35,134 bases of DNA from Minisyncoccota bacterium (GTDB taxonomy: Bacteria > Patescibacteriota > Minisyncoccia > Phycocordibacterales > Phycocordibacteraceae), in assembly GCA_041657665.1 (NCBI GenBank), contig JBBABN010000005.1, forward strand, positions 1 through 35,134, written 5' to 3'. Within the stretch, counting starts at the first letter, position 1. Every line of letters starts with the position of its first letter. A model generated the notes under the pieces. It did not search any database. It saw only the letters and a program-made list of their open reading frames with translations, and was not told where the DNA came from. A program made the position numbers and the translations under genes. Positions 32,601 to 35,134 of the stretch are shown one piece after another.

Positions 32601-33134
32601 ATGGACAAAGGAATTGCTGTTCTTCTTTCTGCATGCTCGTCTTTATGGTTTTTCTGGATTGTCGCACCAATCCTTTTAATCCTAGGGGAGAGTATCCTGA
32701 GTTTGTTCTCGAAGAGCCGGATGAAACGACTCTTGTTCTTCTATGTCATGATGCTTGTCAGCATTATTGCAGGAGCGCTCACAGTACGACTCGCAGAAAT
32801 ATTCGGCGACACAGACCCTCACATGTTAGGAATGGGCGCCGGAATGTTCGTTGGAGCAATCGCCGGTATCTATGGTGCGAGTAAACTCATAAACGAGATT
32901 CTTTCGTTTGAGATGGAGGCACTCATACTTTTCGTTGGAACGCTTGCAGGAGCAAATGTAGGTATGGCGTCTGGATATCTCGAACAGATTGAAGTGGTGT
33001 TTTATTCTGGTTTTATAGTCACAATCGAAGCAGTATATTTTGTCTGTTTCTCGCTCTTCAATATTATCATTCTCTTCTGTAATGAATGGGGACGAATGAA
33101 AGCCGAAATTGATTCAGGAAAATTTGAAACCTGA
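32601..33134 (+). CDS. Hypothetical polytopic membrane protein (about 5 TM helices, Gly/Ala-rich)
   Basis: Hydrophobic segments run throughout, and GAGMFVGAIAGIYGA and GTLAGANVGMASG are glycine-zipper-like. I recognise no family. Confidence 0.6.
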   Translation: MDKGIAVLLSACSSLWFFWIVAPILLILGESILSLFSKSRMKRLLFFYVMMLVSIIAGALTVRLAEIFGDTDPHMLGMGAGMFVGAIAGIYGASKLINEILSFEMEALILFVGTLAGANVGMASGYLEQIEVVFYSGFIVTIEAVYFVCFSLFNIIILFCNEWGRMKAEIDSGKFET

Positions 33135-33150
33135 ATGAAGGAAGCAAGAA

Positions 33151-33180
33151 AATAAAGGCGGGATGTTCTCCCGCCTTTTA
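33151..33180. terminator. Bidirectional rho-independent terminator between convergent genes
   Basis: AAAATAAA-GGCGGGA-TGTTC-TCCCGCC-TTTTATTT: a 7-bp GC stem flanked by A- and T-runs. Confidence 0.75.
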
Positions 33181-33181
33181 T

Positions 33182-33655
33182 TTACGCTACTTTCTCTATC
33201 GTATAGGTCTGTTTCCCCATCGGAGTTTCGAAGGTGAAAACATCGCCTTTTTTCTTCCCCATCAGTGCTGAACCGAGTGGCGAGACGTGAGAAAGCTTCT
33301 TTACACGCATATCAGCTTCTTCACTGCCGACGATAGTATATTCATGTACTTCGTCACTCCCCTCTTTTTTAATTGAAACTTTTGAATTAAAGCTGACTTC
33401 GGTCTTCTTTTTTCCATCCGTAAGAATCTTCGTAGTTTTTACCAATTCTTCAAGTTTTTTTATACGTTCTTCGGTCGCGGCCTGTAGGTCACGCGCTTCC
33501 TGATATTCAGCATTCTCTGAGAGATCGCCGAGTGAACGAGCGTATTCGAGATTCTTAGCGATTTCGGTTCGTCGCACCGTCTTCAGGTGCTCGAGTTCTT
33601 TTATCATCTCATCAAACTTTTCTTGTGAGACGACGACATCTTGAATATCAACCAT
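33182..33655 (-). CDS. greA: Transcription elongation factor GreA
   Basis: The coiled-coil N-domain has GDLSENAEYQEARD, and the C-terminal FKBP-like domain reads ...VSPLGSALMGKKKGD. Confidence 0.95.
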   Translation of the reverse strand: MVDIQDVVVSQEKFDEMIKELEHLKTVRRTEIAKNLEYARSLGDLSENAEYQEARDLQAATEERIKKLEELVKTTKILTDGKKKTEVSFNSKVSIKKEGSDEVHEYTIVGSEEADMRVKKLSHVSPLGSALMGKKKGDVFTFETPMGKQTYTIEKVA

Positions 33656-33667
33656 AGTAGTCTGAGC

Positions 33668-33695
33668 ATTGTACGCGAGCAGTAGTAAAGCGCAA
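33668..33695 (-). promoter_or_regulatory. Putative greA promoter (TTGCGC-N16-TACAAT, 12 nt before the ATG)
   Basis: On the minus strand: TTGCGC (33695-33690) and TACAAT (33673-33668). No SD lies between the -10 and ATG 33655. Confidence 0.35.
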
Positions 33696-33704
33696 GCATA
33701 TCAT

Positions 33705-33737
33705 AAAGAAAACCCGCCGCAGTGTTAGTGCGGCGGG
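33705..33737 (-). terminator. Rho-independent terminator after the flotillin gene
   Basis: The minus strand reads CCCGCCGC-ACTAACACT-GCGGCGGG followed by TTTTCTTT. Confidence 0.7.
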
Positions 33738-33768
33738 GCTCTTAAAGATCAACGGAAATAATTATATA

Positions 33769-35134
33769 TTACGATTCAGTGGAACCGGCTTCCTTTTTCG
33801 GTTCCGCTATCGCGGATGAGGGATCACTTGCCGCCGGGAGACTCTCCAACGCTTTCCCGAGATCGAATCCGTACTTCTTCGCGAGTTCTTCGATCAAAGG
33901 CATCATGCCAGAAGCATTGAGCTTGTTGACGAGGCCGTAGATCGTTTCGACCGGAAGATTCACGAACTGACCGAGGACATTTTTGCCGCCCGTCGTACCA
34001 GCACCTGCTCCACCCATGTCGATGATCCGCAGTTCCTTGACATTCGCGAGACCCTGACCGATTGCTTCAGCAGCCGGCGTCAACGCTTTTTCAGCAGCGA
34101 CACCGACAGCATCGATAATCGGCGGAAGAGCCTGAAGAATCATCAGGAATCGTCCACCCTCGTCGAGTGCTTTAAACGCCTCGGCCTTTTTCAGTATGCC
34201 TTCGGCTTCCGCGAGCAATTGAGCTCTGGTACCAGCAGCGCCGGCGAGCAGATCAGCTTCCTTACCCGCAGCTTTCGCGAGCAGATTTGCTTTATCGCCG
34301 GCAGCATTGGCTTCCATTTCGGCCTGAACCGCCGAGGCTACGGCCTTACGGCCGGCAGCTTCGCCGGTATCCTTGGCTTGCGTACCGAGACCTTCCTTTT
34401 CCATCTTGATCCGGACGGCCTCACCTTCTCGCTCCGCAGACTTTGCTTTTGCATCGGCTGCGATCACGAGAGCGTCACGATCTTTCTCGGCCGTGACGAT
34501 GGTCGTCGCGTTTAGCTCGGCTTCGCGGCGCTTCAGCTCTTCTTCCTGCAGCTGAATTCCGGCCGTTATCGTCGCCTTTTCGGCTTCGACCTTGGCCGTG
34601 TTCAGCTCCTTGGTTCGATTGGCAGCAGCGATTTCAGCAGCGATCGGGATTTGCGCCTGTTGAGCCTGTACCCGAGCTGCGTTGTCGGCAATCGTGGTAT
34701 CGCGATCGCGTTCGGCATCCGAGATTGCTTTCAGCGATTCGGCTTGCGCCGTTTCGCCAATCTTGCGAGCCTCCGCCGACAGCTTGTCAGAATCGCGCTT
34801 CGCTTCGGCTTGGCCGATCGTTGCGTTTTTGACGACTTCAGCGGTCTGTTTCAGACCGAGCGATTCGATATATTTCCGACTGTCGGTGATCGACTGGATC
34901 TTAAACGTATCGACACCGATACCCATCTTGTTGAGGTCGAGCCCGGCCTCATTCATGACGGCCTGCTGGAACTTCTCGCGTTCGCGAAGCAGTTCTTCGA
35001 TTGCGAGTGTGCCGATCACACCACGGAGGTTACCCTCGAGCGTCATGAAGCATGTGTCCTTAATCTCCTCCGGTCTCTTGCCGAGAAAGCGCTCGATGGC
35101 GAGCGGTAGCAGATCGTCAGTCGACATCACCTTG
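33769..35134 (-). CDS. Flotillin-like SPFH/band-7 protein, C-terminal ~450 aa (5' end outside the window)
   Basis: The frame is open to the window edge. It begins with the end of an SPFH domain, followed by a long Ala/Glu/Lys-rich coiled coil (..AEAKRDSDKLSAEARK.., AEAEGILKKAEAFKALDEGG) and a C-terminal tail, as in bacterial flotillins (YqiK/FloT type). Confidence 0.85.
   Translation of the reverse strand, partial: KVMSTDDLLPLAIERFLGKRPEEIKDTCFMTLEGNLRGVIGTLAIEELLREREKFQQAVMNEAGLDLNKMGIGVDTFKIQSITDSRKYIESLGLKQTAEVVKNATIGQAEAKRDSDKLSAEARKIGETAQAESLKAISDAERDRDTTIADNAARVQAQQAQIPIAAEIAAANRTKELNTAKVEAEKATITAGIQLQEEELKRREAELNATTIVTAEKDRDALVIAADAKAKSAEREGEAVRIKMEKEGLGTQAKDTGEAAGRKAVASAVQAEMEANAAGDKANLLAKAAGKEADLLAGAAGTRAQLLAEAEGILKKAEAFKALDEGGRFLMILQALPPIIDAVGVAAEKALTPAAEAIGQGLANVKELRIIDMGGAGAGTTGGKNVLGQFVNLPVETIYGLVNKLNASGMMPLIEELAKKYGFDLGKALESLPAASDPSSAIAEPKKEAGSTES

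Noticed and set aside
1-35134. Possible alternative genetic code (UGA or UAG reassignment, as in some candidate phyla), or pyrrolysine at the murG TAG.
   Set aside because: TGA terminates scpB, dac, mraY and gltX exactly at ATGA junctions. TAG terminates recR, LOG, the helicase and lysK at sensible protein ends. Only one in-frame stop is seen, so global recoding is not supported. I see no pyl genes here, although the rest of the genome is unseen.
33769-35134. The flotillin gene is markedly GC-rich (my hand counts give about 36-39 of 60 per line) compared with neighbouring greA (about 23 of 60), which might suggest horizontal transfer.
   Set aside because: The protein is dominated by Ala, Glu, Gly and Arg (GCN, GAR, GGN, CGN codons), which forces high GC. 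Other core genes (dnaB, recR, the helicase) also reach 52-60%. Composition alone is not evidence of transfer.
1-35134. Search for CRISPR arrays, rRNA, tmRNA, RNase P, SRP RNA, riboswitches or T-boxes, IS elements, integrases and known defence genes.
   Set aside because: No spaced direct-repeat arrays were seen and no non-coding stretch exceeds about 340 bp. The aaRS genes have spacers too short for T-box leaders, and no transposase, integrase or nuclease-ATPase defence-like ORFs were recognised. This was an eyeball scan only, and covariance-model searches would be needed to be sure.

Overview
Densely packed, mostly housekeeping bacterial chromosome: about 40 protein genes and one tRNA-Glu(CUC). 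There is no rRNA, CRISPR array, transposase, integrase, phage gene or recognisable defence system.

**Content**
- Five aminoacyl-tRNA synthetases: trpS (3' part), a short archaeal-type aspS, gltX, cysS and a class I lysK.
- scpA and scpB, split by an opposite-strand gene.
- The cell-wall/division (dcw) cluster in two separate blocks: scpB-dac-mraY-ftsW-murG-gltX-M23 on the + strand, and mraZ-rsmH-ftsL-ftsI-murF on the - strand.
- Ribosomal proteins L27, L9 and L21.
- dnaB, recR, a DEAD-box helicase, rmuC, greA, corA-like, LOG, an S41 protease, a YqeY-domain protein, an ArsM-like methyltransferase and the 3' part of a flotillin gene.
- Several small hypothetical membrane or helical proteins.

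The genetic code looks standard: TAA, TAG and TGA all end well-supported genes. Class I LysRS, the short AspRS, a minimal split dcw cluster and tiny spacers suggest a small-genome, CPR/Patescibacteria-like organism. That is inference only.

I did not find a convincing novel multi-gene system. The most unusual things I can show directly are:
1. An in-frame TAG cuts murG 33 codons before a conserved-looking C-terminus.
2. A perfect 45-bp nested palindrome sits in-frame inside gltX and has a sister copy at an intergenic terminator. A second GC-rich hairpin element sits in-frame in the RecR zinc finger.
3. A Kelch-propeller/S11 DD-peptidase fusion gene lies antisense between scpA and scpB, flanked by ~40-bp direct repeats.
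4. An (extended) -10 box lies 6-8 nt upstream of the ATG of operon-first genes, which implies leaderless mRNAs.
5. A stand-alone promoter/small-ORF/terminator unit lies next to the tRNA, followed by a small non-core gene islet.

All protein calls rest on motifs I recognise in the supplied translations. No database search was run.
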